DNA from: a virus
Taxonomy: Duplodnaviria; Caudoviricetes
DNA: 64,000 bases
Reading direction: 5' to 3' (one strand)
IMG/VR virus record: IMGVR_UViG_3300033069_001711
Location: 13,946 to 77,945 of that record
The notes under the pieces were generated by a model that saw only the letters and a program-made list of their open reading frames with translations, was not told the origin of the DNA and made no database searches. A program made the translations under genes and the position numbers. Position 1 is the stretch's first letter, and each line of letters begins with the position of its first letter. Shown piece by piece: positions 9,717 to 18,902 of the stretch.

Positions 9717-10346
9717 TCAATCAGCGCCAATGATCTTGTCGACAATTCCCATTTTGACTGCTTCTTTAGCCGTTAGAAAATAGTCAACCTTGGGATCCAT
9801 GATTTTCTCTATTGTTGCTTTTGACATCTTGGTTTCTTTTGCCAGTAATGAAACCATCAAGTCTTGAAGTCGCCGCTGTTCTTTTGATTGATTTTCAACT
9901 TCAAAAACGTTGCCATAAACTCCACCTGAAACGGCATGCATCATGATACGAGAACTTCCCCCCATCAGGCGCTTACCTTTCACGCCGGAGGCTAGTAATA
10001 ACACACCTGCAGACATGATTTTTCCTAGGCCCACCGTGTGGACTGGACAAGGCAAAAATTTGATGGTGTCATACAAGCTAAACATCTCGTCTATTGATCC
10101 GCCATACGTCGACACGATGAGATAAATCGGGTTGTTGTTGATGTTTGCTAACACTAACAACTGCGCAATGACGTTGGAGATTGAGTGTTCAGTCACATCG
10201 CCGTGAAGAAAAACAAGCCTGGAGTTACCTGCTTGCACATTAAGCAGTTGCTCTAGTCCTTCAATTCCCGGTTCCAGATTTTCTACCCTGTTTTCACTAG
10301 GGGATTTGTGTTCAACGGCTCGTGCTTCAAATGTCTGTCTACCCAT
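9717..10346 (-). CDS. clpP: ATP-dependent Clp protease proteolytic subunit
   Basis: STYGGS...YDTIKF, GKIMSAG (catalytic Ser), RIMMHAVSGG (His) and DYFLTAKEAVKMGIVDKI (Asp). Confidence 0.93.
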   Translation of the reverse strand: MGRQTFEARAVEHKSPSENRVENLEPGIEGLEQLLNVQAGNSRLVFLHGDVTEHSISNVIAQLLVLANINNNPIYLIVSTYGGSIDEMFSLYDTIKFLPCPVHTVGLGKIMSAGVLLLASGVKGKRLMGGSSRIMMHAVSGGVYGNVFEVENQSKEQRRLQDLMVSLLAKETKMSKATIEKIMDPKVDYFLTAKEAVKMGIVDKIIGAD

Positions 10347-10605
10347 TGTTTTCTCCGTTGATTTCAGAATCTGGTTCGACTGCCCCTATTAGGAACATGT
10401 CAGGTTGAAGTTCACGCGTCAGACGTGTGATGGCACGCATGTGCTCAACATTTTCTAGTTCAGAAGCCAACAAATGAATGATCAACATTGCTTGACGCTG
10501 TGTAATTCCAAAGTTGTTGATTTCTTTGATGATATCTCTACAAGTACGATTTTCTTCAGCCTGTTTTTCTGACTGTGCTTGGCCGTAAAGAGTTGTGGTT
10601 GACAT
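10339..10605 (-). CDS. hypothetical protein
   Basis: 88-aa helical ORF overlapping both neighbours in the operon. Confidence 0.75.
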   Translation of the reverse strand: MSTTTLYGQAQSEKQAEENRTCRDIIKEINNFGITQRQAMLIIHLLASELENVEHMRAITRLTRELQPDMFLIGAVEPDSEINGENNG

Positions 10606-11069
10606 CAGATTACCTCGTCTCTAGAAAATGACTCAACCTTGAAAAGGTTTTCACCCATAATTCGTACGTACTTTCCTTGTTTTGTGCCAGATTCTTCATC
10701 AGTGGACAAAACAACAAATGATCCCCATTGTTTGTTTTCTACAATGAATGCTGCAAATTCCCACGTAGCAAGATCAACATCATTGGTCTCCAGCAATCTC
10801 ACCAAATTGGTAGGCAAGCTAGCTTTTACGTCATCAATGGTCAAAATTGATCCCATTGCATCTTTGCCTTGAATGATCTCTGTTCTACAGATGTCAATCA
10901 CTTTGTGAACGATTCCACAATTATTGCACTGTGAAAATTTATGTTTCACTGTGCCGTCATCATTGATCTCCGAAAAAACAACAAATTGATGATTAGGGGG
11001 ATCATCCATTCTCTTAAATTGAGGAAGGATACATCTGCACGTAATCAAATGTTTTTGGCCACTTGGCAT
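10605..11069 (-). CDS. hypothetical protein, possible Zn-binding (CRC, CNNC, ICR)
   Basis: 154-aa ORF with clustered Cys residues; one-base overlap with the downstream gene. Confidence 0.75.
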   Translation of the reverse strand: MPSGQKHLITCRCILPQFKRMDDPPNHQFVVFSEINDDGTVKHKFSQCNNCGIVHKVIDICRTEIIQGKDAMGSILTIDDVKASLPTNLVRLLETNDVDLATWEFAAFIVENKQWGSFVVLSTDEESGTKQGKYVRIMGENLFKVESFSRDEVI

Positions 11070-11125
11070 TCATTCCACCATCTTACGCATTGATAAGCGA
11101 TTTAACCAACGCCACAATCGAAAAC

Positions 11126-11395
11126 TCAGACTGTTGGTGATTTCTTTTTTTTAGTCGTTTCTACGTCGTCAATGACTTTATCGACTTCTCTCAAGAAATT
11201 TTTTGAACATCTTTGAAATCCAGAGTCGATGGAACCGTTTATGATCGCAATCAAATGTTCCAATTGGACGCCTTTTATGTCAACTTGGCCAGATTGTGAC
11301 GCTTGAACGATATTGTTAGCCACGGCATCTCGAATACTTTCGACGACGACCCAGGTGGCTTTGTTAATTTGATCACGAGGATTCATCTTGTTCAT
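11126..11395 (-). CDS. hypothetical helical protein
   Basis: 89-aa ORF with SD-like GGAG upstream. Confidence 0.7.
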   Translation of the reverse strand: MNKMNPRDQINKATWVVVESIRDAVANNIVQASQSGQVDIKGVQLEHLIAIINGSIDSGFQRCSKNFLREVDKVIDDVETTKKKKSPTV

Positions 11396-11458
11396 GGAAC
11401 TCCTAACTCAGACTCTACTAGCATACTTAGATGTAGTAAACAACGGAGTGAACTAAAT

Positions 11459-12670
11459 ATGGCACGATCGCTCAAAGAAGGGTACCAGGCACGTAAACTG
11501 CGAGCCCTCAAAGAACATGCAATTGAACTTGACCGTCAGATGCTTCATGAAACAAGGGTCGCGAACACTTTGTTAGAAGCTATGGATCAGAGCGATCTAG
11601 ACAAAGTCAGTAAGATCATTGAAAAACTGGAACGCATCAAAAACGCAGTTGTTGATCTGAAATCACTGAAAAAGGGCATTGAAGCCGCGCAGAATGAGCT
11701 CAACAAGTACACCGCAGGTGGACCAATAACCAAAGCATGGACTAAGTTGAAAGGAAAAGTAGGCATCGACAATCCAGTTGTCAAGATCACTACTTTTGCA
11801 AATGCTTTAGAACAAGGATTTGGACAATTGCCACAAATCTTGAAAAATAGTGGAATAGATCCGGCTAAACTCAAAGATCAAGCAGATACCATGACGTTGT
11901 CAGACGCTATTACTCAGCAATTCGTCAAACAGCGTGATCCTACAGCTGACGCATTAAAAAAGACGATTCCTAACAAGAAACCAGCTGATATGAATCTTGA
12001 AGCTGATGGTGATATTACCGCAGACGACGTAGAAGCAAACGCGGCCGCCGCAGGTAGCAAAGAAGCACAAAAGAAACTAAAAATCTTGGTTTCATCTTTA
12101 CAGAAAGCTTTGACACCTGGAGGTGTTTTTGGCGCTTTCAAAAAAGTTCCTTACGTAGACACTTCGACGCTAGTGAAAGAACTTGCAACAGTCGCCAAAG
12201 TCAATGAGCTTCTTAGCATCTTCCGTGCCATCAAAGAAGGTCCTCAAACTGGTGAGATCGCCGCTGACATCAAACAAAATATCGCCGGTGGAAGTGGGGA
12301 CGTCGGTTCGGCAAGCACTAGCCCAACCGGTTCTTCGAAACCCACCGGTCAATCGACGCCATCTTCGCCAACAGAACCAGCAGTTCCAGGTGGAAGTCCT
12401 TCAACACCTACTGGAGCAAAAACACCTGATGCACCCGGTGAAAAAGGCGGGGGAGGGGCTGAGCCCGAAGACGACAAAGTCAAACAAAAGAAAGCTAGTG
12501 ACTTGGGCTCTCAACTCGCCAGCATTTTCAAAGGCAATTCAGTCGAACCTGAGGTTTTAGGAAAGATATTGATGGATTCAGGTTTGAATGTCGATGAATT
12601 GATGAAAAATATTGCTTCTCATAAGGCTCAAAAAGATGCTGGCAAAAAACCTAAGCCGGCAGCAGTTTAA
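11459..12670 (+). CDS. hypothetical protein, possible internal head/core protein
   Basis: The start at 11459 (MARSLKEG) follows SD GGAG and a TACTTA motif; the ORF-track start at 11303 overlaps the opposite gene. Coiled-coil N-terminus and a G/S/T/P low-complexity linker. Confidence 0.7.
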   Translation: MARSLKEGYQARKLRALKEHAIELDRQMLHETRVANTLLEAMDQSDLDKVSKIIEKLERIKNAVVDLKSLKKGIEAAQNELNKYTAGGPITKAWTKLKGKVGIDNPVVKITTFANALEQGFGQLPQILKNSGIDPAKLKDQADTMTLSDAITQQFVKQRDPTADALKKTIPNKKPADMNLEADGDITADDVEANAAAAGSKEAQKKLKILVSSLQKALTPGGVFGAFKKVPYVDTSTLVKELATVAKVNELLSIFRAIKEGPQTGEIAADIKQNIAGGSGDVGSASTSPTGSSKPTGQSTPSSPTEPAVPGGSPSTPTGAKTPDAPGEKGGGGAEPEDDKVKQKKASDLGSQLASIFKGNSVEPEVLGKILMDSGLNVDELMKNIASHKAQKDAGKKPKPAAV

Positions 12671-13851
12671 GCCTTGACATAAGCACCCAGTGACGATAAC
12701 ATCTGCATGCATCTTTTTGCATGCAGACCTGAAGCCATTTCTGTGGAAGCAAGTCGACCATCAATAAGACCATGATCAACTGATGATCTAACCGCTCTTA
12801 GAGCGTAATCAATCGATTGTGATCGAACAACAAAATCTTTGTCATCTGGAAGTCTGATTACGACATGATTAGGTGACAAAGATCTGATTCTGTTGTCTAG
12901 CAACTTTCCGACATCGTCAATTTGTTCTAAATTTCTACGTTCACGTAGATGCATTACTAATGTCGAAACTGACTTACGAGTTTTAGTGTGAGATATCACT
13001 ACTTTACCTTTGAACACAGTCACTTGTTCAACTATGGGTTGTTCGTTGAACTTGATAGCGCTAATCAACTCGCCTTTCAAACTAGACACTAAATTTGCGC
13101 CTGACACGGTGGCAATATCAACCAAAGTGTTCATTCCGTCGAGGTCAAATCGAACGCCAATTGGCAGCACTTTTAAACTGCCACGATCATAATTGACTCG
13201 CAAAGTCTGTTTAACGTCATCTGAGATTCCTCTAACGAACAAGAGACATGGCTCTTTGGCTTCAGATATAGCCTCAAGCAAATGATGAATTTCAGAAACA
13301 CTTTCAATGATGCCATCGATGCAGACGATTCTTGGATTTGTGAAGCTAGCGTCGATGTTTAACAATGATTGCAATTGAAAAGTGTAACCTCTCACTAACT
13401 CAACTGAAGGCGTTAGCGAAGATGTTTTTTCAACAATGATTCGACCAGCAAATCCAGCCAACCGAGTGGCGTCACTAACAATTCCAGATATCAAAGCTGA
13501 AGAAGAGTATTGTGATATCAATGATTCGATATCATTCAATGTCGTTGTGGCCGCATGTACTTCTCTTGGTGTCGAGATCGCATGAGCGTCCATGGACAAA
13601 AGTTCAATGCAACGTTTAAATCCGCCAGGACCTAATTTTTCAGCTGCTAAAGCACTAGTCATGATCAATTCATAAATTGATCGATCGATCTCTTGGTGGG
13701 GTTGTGCCTTGAATGCAATTTGCATGCGAGTAAACAACACAACCCGGTCCGTGGAAGTCAACGCTTTGTCAATTCCAAGCGATTTTATGTACGCTAAAAC
13801 ACGTCGAATTGATTTTTTCAATTCTGACTCTAGCAAGATCTCCTCACTCAT
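12667..13851 (-). CDS. degenerate GroEL/chaperonin-like protein (intermediate and apical domains conserved, ATP motifs lost)
   Basis: AGFAGRIIVEK...VELVRGYTF, NPRIVCIDGIIESVSEIHHLLE, TLRVNYDRGSLKV, LVDIATVSG and LDNRIRSL...YALRAVRSSVDHG align with GroEL. Only 394 aa. Confidence 0.8.
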   Translation of the reverse strand: MSEEILLESELKKSIRRVLAYIKSLGIDKALTSTDRVVLFTRMQIAFKAQPHQEIDRSIYELIMTSALAAEKLGPGGFKRCIELLSMDAHAISTPREVHAATTTLNDIESLISQYSSSALISGIVSDATRLAGFAGRIIVEKTSSLTPSVELVRGYTFQLQSLLNIDASFTNPRIVCIDGIIESVSEIHHLLEAISEAKEPCLLFVRGISDDVKQTLRVNYDRGSLKVLPIGVRFDLDGMNTLVDIATVSGANLVSSLKGELISAIKFNEQPIVEQVTVFKGKVVISHTKTRKSVSTLVMHLRERRNLEQIDDVGKLLDNRIRSLSPNHVVIRLPDDKDFVVRSQSIDYALRAVRSSVDHGLIDGRLASTEMASGLHAKRCMQMLSSLGAYVKA

Positions 13852-13866
13852 GAAGGAGATCTTATA

Positions 13867-14286
13867 TCATGGAGTGTAGTGGATGTGTCCTGAAATAAAC
13901 GAATACACCAACTTGATAGCACCAGCCAGAATCGCAGTGCCTAAAATTCCACCAAACCAGAGCAGCAATTTATTTGTTGCCTTGATCCAACCGGTATGTC
14001 CTTTGACAATTTGGTACAGACCAGTGTCTGGTTCGTAGACTGCAGTGTGAATTGCATCCACTTTTTTGAAAGTCTCTTCTTGACTCTTGTTTAGTTGATC
14101 AGAAACAGACTCGATCTTGTTGACTTTTTGAACTAAATCATCAAACCCACCATTGAGAATGGGTGACTCTAACTTTTTTTCAACTCGTACTAGTACTTCG
14201 TCCTGCGCTTCAAGCATCGCAGTTGTTTGTTCCTCGAAAGTCGGACGGTGACGAAAACTTCTACGAAATGGAATTCTTCCTGCCAT
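13867..14286 (-). CDS. coiled-coil protein with C-terminal transmembrane helix (holin/XhlA-like topology)
   Basis: Heptad-rich region followed by LLLWFGGILGTAILAGAIKLVYSFI; probable start MAGRIP at 14286. Confidence 0.6.
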   Translation of the reverse strand: MAGRIPFRRSFRHRPTFEEQTTAMLEAQDEVLVRVEKKLESPILNGGFDDLVQKVNKIESVSDQLNKSQEETFKKVDAIHTAVYEPDTGLYQIVKGHTGWIKATNKLLLWFGGILGTAILAGAIKLVYSFISGHIHYTP

Positions 14287-14315
14287 GTGAATTGAACTCT
14301 CGCGCACACGTTAAA

Positions 14316-14400
14316 CTAGATCCACTAGTATTAATCTTTAACCCTGTCCTCTAGATCTCTCTCTAGAGAATCTAGATCTCTTAATTTTCTTAAAGATCTA
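14316..14400. repeat. cluster of TCTAGATCTCT/AGATCT direct and palindromic repeats in a divergent intergenic region
   Basis: TCTAGATCTCT at 14350-14360 and 14371-14381 (21-bp period), palindrome TCTCTAGAGA at 14360-14369, CTAGATC at 14316 and AGATCTA at 14394. Confidence 0.8.
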
Positions 14401-14517
14401 AGTTACAATCAAAATTTGGACATAGCACACTGGATCACTGTGATAGCGGTAAATATCTTTAACGAGAGTTTATCACTACAGATGAACAGATTGATCAACA
14501 TTAGCTAGAATGTAACG

Positions 14518-16521
14518 GTGCAACCGTTCGATTTTCAAAATAGTGTTTTCAGTGTTCCACCTAAAGCAAACATTCCAGCAGATGCAAAGGTCATCTTTGT
14601 TTCAGATATGTTCGTTGAAGATTACGTCGGAGGCGCTGAATTAACTTCAGAAGCCCTGATCAGATCTTGTCCAATCCAGGTTTTCAAGCTTCACTCTAGA
14701 GATGTCTCTATGAAGTTGTTGGAAGATGGCGTTGATCGATTTTGGATTTTTGGCAATTTCGCTGAATTAAATCCTCAGCTAATCCCCAGCATCGTTGCAA
14801 ATTTGAAATACAGCATCGTTGAATACGATTACAAATTTTGCAAAGCTAGATCACCTGAAAAACACCTTGAAGTTTTGGGTGTGCCTTGTGATTGTCCTAA
14901 TCAAGCCAACGGAAAGATCGTTAGTGCATTTTTCTACGGATCAATGGGCTTGTGGTGGATGAGTGAAAAACAAAAGGAACGTTATTTGACAACGTTCCCA
15001 TTTCTCGCCGAAAAAGACAACATCGTCCTATCCAGCGTTTTCGATCGTGAAACTTTGGCAACTATTGGCTGTCTGAGGGCAGTTTCGCCCAAACCAGAAG
15101 ATCGCAAAAAATGGATTGTTCTCGGTTCTCAATCGTGGATTAAAGGCCTGGATGCGGCCGAATCATGGTGCAAAACGAACAACAAGGATTACGAAGTAGT
15201 TTGGAACCTTTCATACGACAAGGTCCTTGAGAAATTGGCTTCTGCAGAAGGTTTCGTTTACCTCCCTAAAGGCGGTGATACATGTCCACGCATGGTCATA
15301 GAAGCAAAACTATTGGGTTGTCAACTGCAATTGAATGACAACGTCCAACACAGGGATGAAGAATGGTTTGCTGGTGATGATATCGAATCAATCAATGAGT
15401 ACCTCCTTACTGCGCCCAGTATTTTTTGGAAGGGCATCAAGAAGATGATGGATTACAAACCCACCATTTCTGGTTACACCACTGCTTACAATGCAGTGGT
15501 GCAAGAATATCCATTCAAACAATGTATTCAGTCGATGTTGCAATTCTGTGATGAAGTTTGTGCAGTTGATGGAGGCAGCACAGATGGCACGTGGGAAGAA
15601 CTTCGCAATCTTCAAGAAAGTCTTGTGCCTGCCGCGGAAAGTTTACTTTTATTTGATTGTGATGAATCACGACTTCAATATTTCAATCAAAAATCTCGAT
15701 TGAAACTCAAACAAGTCAAACGTGACTGGCGATCAAAACGTCATCCAGTATTCGACGGCATGCAGAAAGCTGAAGCCCGTGCCATGTGCACCAAAGAATA
15801 TTGTTGGCAGATGGACTCTGATGAAATTGTACATGAGGATGACGCTCCAAAAATTGCTGACTTGTGTCGCAACATTCCAAAAGGAATTGACATCGTTTCA
15901 CTGCCCGTCATTGAATATTGGGGAGGGCCAGAAAAAGTTCGTCTAGACGTTCAGCCTTGGAAATGGAGGTTAAGTCGCAATTTGCCACACGTGACTCATG
16001 GAATTCCAGTGGAACTTCGCAGAACAGATGCTGATGGTCAATCTTACGCAGAGCCTGGCACTGACGGGTGTGACATGATTCACAAAGAGACTGGTGAACG
16101 CCTTCCTCATGTCAGCTTCTACACTCAAGAGGTCGAAAACGCTCGTCAAGTGGCGATGTTAGGGAATGAACAGGCTCGTCTAGAATACGAAGCTTGGTTC
16201 AACAACGCAACATCTGCAATTCCAGGTGTCTTTCATTACAGTTGGTATGATCTTCCACGCAAAATCAAGCTTTATCGTGACTATTGGCAAAATCATTGGA
16301 ATGCTCTTTGGGACAAAGATGTTTCTGACACCGCAGAGAACAACATGATGTTTGGTGTGCCTTGGAAAGATGTTACTGATGAAATGATTGAATCTCGTGC
16401 CGCTGAAATGAAAGCAAAGCTCGGGGGTTGGATTTGGCATCGCCCGTGGGACGGAAAGACTCGTACGTCTCACATTTCTTGTAAGCGCACTCAGCCCAAG
16501 GTGATGGAATGCAAAAAATGA
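14518..16521 (+). CDS. bifunctional glycosyltransferase (GT-B/GT4-like N-half fused to GT-A/GT2 C-half)
   Basis: N-half PKGGDTCPRMVIEAKLLGC (GT4 EX7E-like); C-half ISGYTTAYN...VDGGSTDGTWEEL...WQMDSDE (GT2). Confidence 0.85.
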   Translation: MQPFDFQNSVFSVPPKANIPADAKVIFVSDMFVEDYVGGAELTSEALIRSCPIQVFKLHSRDVSMKLLEDGVDRFWIFGNFAELNPQLIPSIVANLKYSIVEYDYKFCKARSPEKHLEVLGVPCDCPNQANGKIVSAFFYGSMGLWWMSEKQKERYLTTFPFLAEKDNIVLSSVFDRETLATIGCLRAVSPKPEDRKKWIVLGSQSWIKGLDAAESWCKTNNKDYEVVWNLSYDKVLEKLASAEGFVYLPKGGDTCPRMVIEAKLLGCQLQLNDNVQHRDEEWFAGDDIESINEYLLTAPSIFWKGIKKMMDYKPTISGYTTAYNAVVQEYPFKQCIQSMLQFCDEVCAVDGGSTDGTWEELRNLQESLVPAAESLLLFDCDESRLQYFNQKSRLKLKQVKRDWRSKRHPVFDGMQKAEARAMCTKEYCWQMDSDEIVHEDDAPKIADLCRNIPKGIDIVSLPVIEYWGGPEKVRLDVQPWKWRLSRNLPHVTHGIPVELRRTDADGQSYAEPGTDGCDMIHKETGERLPHVSFYTQEVENARQVAMLGNEQARLEYEAWFNNATSAIPGVFHYSWYDLPRKIKLYRDYWQNHWNALWDKDVSDTAENNMMFGVPWKDVTDEMIESRAAEMKAKLGGWIWHRPWDGKTRTSHISCKRTQPKVMECKK

Positions 16522-16850
16522 TGCGAGTTGTTGTGGAGTCACCTTATGCAGGCGACATCGAAAAAAACATGAGGTACTTGAGGGCCTGTATGAGGGATTG
16601 TTTGCAACGGGGTGAAGCACCTTATGCATCTCATGCTTTGTACACTCAAGAAGGCGTACTTCGAGATGATGTACCAGAAGAACGTGAACTTGGCATTCTT
16701 GCTGGTTTCTCATGGCGAGAAGTCACAGAAAAAACCGTGGTATATACCGATCTTGGTTACAGCGGAGGAATGAAATACGGAATTGCTCATGCTGAAACAA
16801 TTCTTCACCCAATTGAATACAGGCAACTTGGTGGAGAGTGGCAATCTTGA
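16518..16850 (+). CDS. conserved phage protein, nucleoside 2'-deoxyribosyltransferase-like fold (DUF4406-like)
   Basis: VVVESPYAGD...GEAPYASHALYTQ...GYSGGMKYGI pattern; ATGA overlap at 16518. Confidence 0.6.
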   Translation: MMRVVVESPYAGDIEKNMRYLRACMRDCLQRGEAPYASHALYTQEGVLRDDVPEERELGILAGFSWREVTEKTVVYTDLGYSGGMKYGIAHAETILHPIEYRQLGGEWQS

Positions 16851-17062
16851 CAATCAAAGAATGCGTACTTAAAGTTCTTCAATCATCTGATCAACCTCTT
16901 ACAGCTTGTGATTTGAAACGAAATATCGACAATTGTTCATCGTCTGTTAAGTTGTCGTCTCTTTCAAGTTTGTTGACTAAACTCACAAAAGATGGAACTG
17001 TCGAACGACACGATACATACGGCGTTAGAGGAGGTTATGGTTACTCCTTAAGGGAAAGATGA
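16838..17062 (+). CDS. small winged-helix DNA-binding protein
   Basis: VLKVLQSSDQPLTACDL...SSLLTKLTKDGTVER...YGYSL is a wHTH pattern. Confidence 0.6.
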   Translation: MAILTIKECVLKVLQSSDQPLTACDLKRNIDNCSSSVKLSSLSSLLTKLTKDGTVERHDTYGVRGGYGYSLRER

Positions 17063-17796
17063 TGAAGATAATCGGTATCAAACAGAAATTGCAAGAGATG
17101 GGCGTTGACTTAGACACCATCACGATGGGAGATTTTGATTACATTGGTGAATTCACTGCCAAACGTGATCGAAAACCCAACGATCCAAATTACAAAAAGT
17201 ACGGATCGTTTTATCGTTCAAACTATGAACGTGGCATTCTCATCTATTACCTTATTCGTCAATACAATTTGACCTCATTTTTAGAAATTGGATTCGGCCG
17301 TGGGTATGCTACTTTTTGCGCCGCGCGAGCATTTTATGACGCTGGCGTGATTGGAAAGATCACCACAATCGATCCAGAGCTCAACGAAGCCTATGTCAAG
17401 GCTTTGAAGGCTGTTTTTCCTGAAGATTGGTTTCGAAACATTGAATTTGTCAAGGCACGGTCGCAGGATGCGTTACCTCAGATCAATCAATCGTACGACC
17501 TTGTTTACATCGATGGCGATCATTCATATGAAGGCACAAAACTTGATTGGGAGGGAACAAAAGACAAGTGGAACAAATTCCTACTTTTCGACGATTATCA
17601 CCTTCCCAGTAAAGGAGATCCTGGCATTCAATGTAGTCAATTAATTGATGAAATTGATGATCCCACAAAGGAACTCATCATCATGGACCGTCGTATGTTC
17701 TTTGATGATCGACAATTTTCTGACGACAAAATTGACTATGGTCAAGTATTGCTCAGTAAAGGTGAAACAAAGGTAGCGCCTCGCGATGACTGGTGA
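17059..17796 (+). CDS. class I SAM-dependent methyltransferase (Methyltransf_24-like)
   Basis: FLEIGFGRGYAT, ITTIDP, YDLVYIDGDHSYEG and FDDY motifs. Confidence 0.88.
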   Translation: MMKIIGIKQKLQEMGVDLDTITMGDFDYIGEFTAKRDRKPNDPNYKKYGSFYRSNYERGILIYYLIRQYNLTSFLEIGFGRGYATFCAARAFYDAGVIGKITTIDPELNEAYVKALKAVFPEDWFRNIEFVKARSQDALPQINQSYDLVYIDGDHSYEGTKLDWEGTKDKWNKFLLFDDYHLPSKGDPGIQCSQLIDEIDDPTKELIIMDRRMFFDDRQFSDDKIDYGQVLLSKGETKVAPRDDW

Positions 17797-18166
17797 TGCA
17801 AAAGAAACATGCACTAAACCCCCATGGGGTTGGCGTTGTACTCGTGATGCCGGGCATGAAGGTCCATGTGCTGCACATCGTGCTGATTCACGAGTGTCAG
17901 ATACTCCCACTCACATAGCTTGTAAGTCGTACACTGAATACAAGCCTGAATTTGGGCTCTACAAAGAACAATCAGAAGCTGTCAATAAGTGGATGAAACA
18001 ACATGACGCTGAACGTCACATCCAACCTGGACAAACGCATCGATTTTCCGGACCGGTGGGTGGAGCATACACCTATGAGTTTACCAGCACAAGTTTAGGA
18101 ATGTGCATTCATGTTCGATGTACGTGTGGCGAGGAGATCGACGTAAGTGACTATGACAACTGGTGA
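17786..18166 (+). CDS. hypothetical phage protein with Cys/His zinc-finger-like N-terminus
   Basis: CTKPPWGWRCTRDAGHEGPCAAH; C-terminal GGAYTYEFT...VRCTCGEEIDVSDYDNW. Confidence 0.7.
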   Translation: MTGDAKETCTKPPWGWRCTRDAGHEGPCAAHRADSRVSDTPTHIACKSYTEYKPEFGLYKEQSEAVNKWMKQHDAERHIQPGQTHRFSGPVGGAYTYEFTSTSLGMCIHVRCTCGEEIDVSDYDNW

Positions 18167-18902
18167 AAAACAAAATAGATTCGTTTTTGTCGCTCCGATG
18201 TTCAATGCAGCAAAGTACTTGCCTCAATTGCTGCATTCGATTTGTGGACAATCATACGATAACTGGAAACTGATTTTGATTGATGACGTTTCTGACGAAG
18301 AGAATCAGAAATTATCAGCACAGATCATTCTGCAATTCCAGTGTTTGATGAACGGTCGTTACTCCGACAAAATTCATGAAGTTTGGAACAAAGAAAAGAA
18401 GTGGGAAGTTGCCAATGTTCTTCATGGAATTTCAATGTGTGATGATGATGACATCGTCTGTCGTATTGATGCAGATGACTGGTTGACTGAAATCGACGGT
18501 CTCAAAATTTTGAACTCGCTCTATAATGCAACCGCCGCTGACTGTTTGTGGACGGCACATCGCTGGGGATTCTCTGACAAGAACATCAGTGGACCCATGT
18601 CACCGGATGCCGATCCTTACAAGCACCCCTGGGTCTCCAGTCATTTGAAAACGTTTCGAAAACGACTCATTAATGATGTACCTGACATTAACTTCCGAGG
18701 CGAAGATGGCGAATACATCAAGAGAGCCGGCGATCAAGCTGTATACTTGCCAGTTCTTCACAATGCTACTCGAAGAGGATTTTTGCCTCGCGTGATGTAT
18801 CATTACACAATCAATGACACGCCAGAAACGTATCAGACGCCGGATGCAATGTTTCAACGAGACGAAGCTTTATTTCTTCGTGCAAGAGGGTACGTAAAGT
18901 GA
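18153..18902 (+). CDS. glycosyltransferase family 2
   Basis: VAPMFNAAKYL...SICGQSYDNWKLILIDDVSD, RIDADDWL (DXD) and HLKTFRK. Confidence 0.9.
   Translation: MTTGEKQNRFVFVAPMFNAAKYLPQLLHSICGQSYDNWKLILIDDVSDEENQKLSAQIILQFQCLMNGRYSDKIHEVWNKEKKWEVANVLHGISMCDDDDIVCRIDADDWLTEIDGLKILNSLYNATAADCLWTAHRWGFSDKNISGPMSPDADPYKHPWVSSHLKTFRKRLINDVPDINFRGEDGEYIKRAGDQAVYLPVLHNATRRGFLPRVMYHYTINDTPETYQTPDAMFQRDEALFLRARGYVK

Noticed and set aside
11303-11458. N-terminal extension of the 455-aa ORF
   Set aside because: It overlaps the opposite-strand gene. The SD and late motif support the start at 11459.
16180-16713. 177-aa minus-strand ORF
   Set aside because: It is antisense to two well-supported plus-strand genes.
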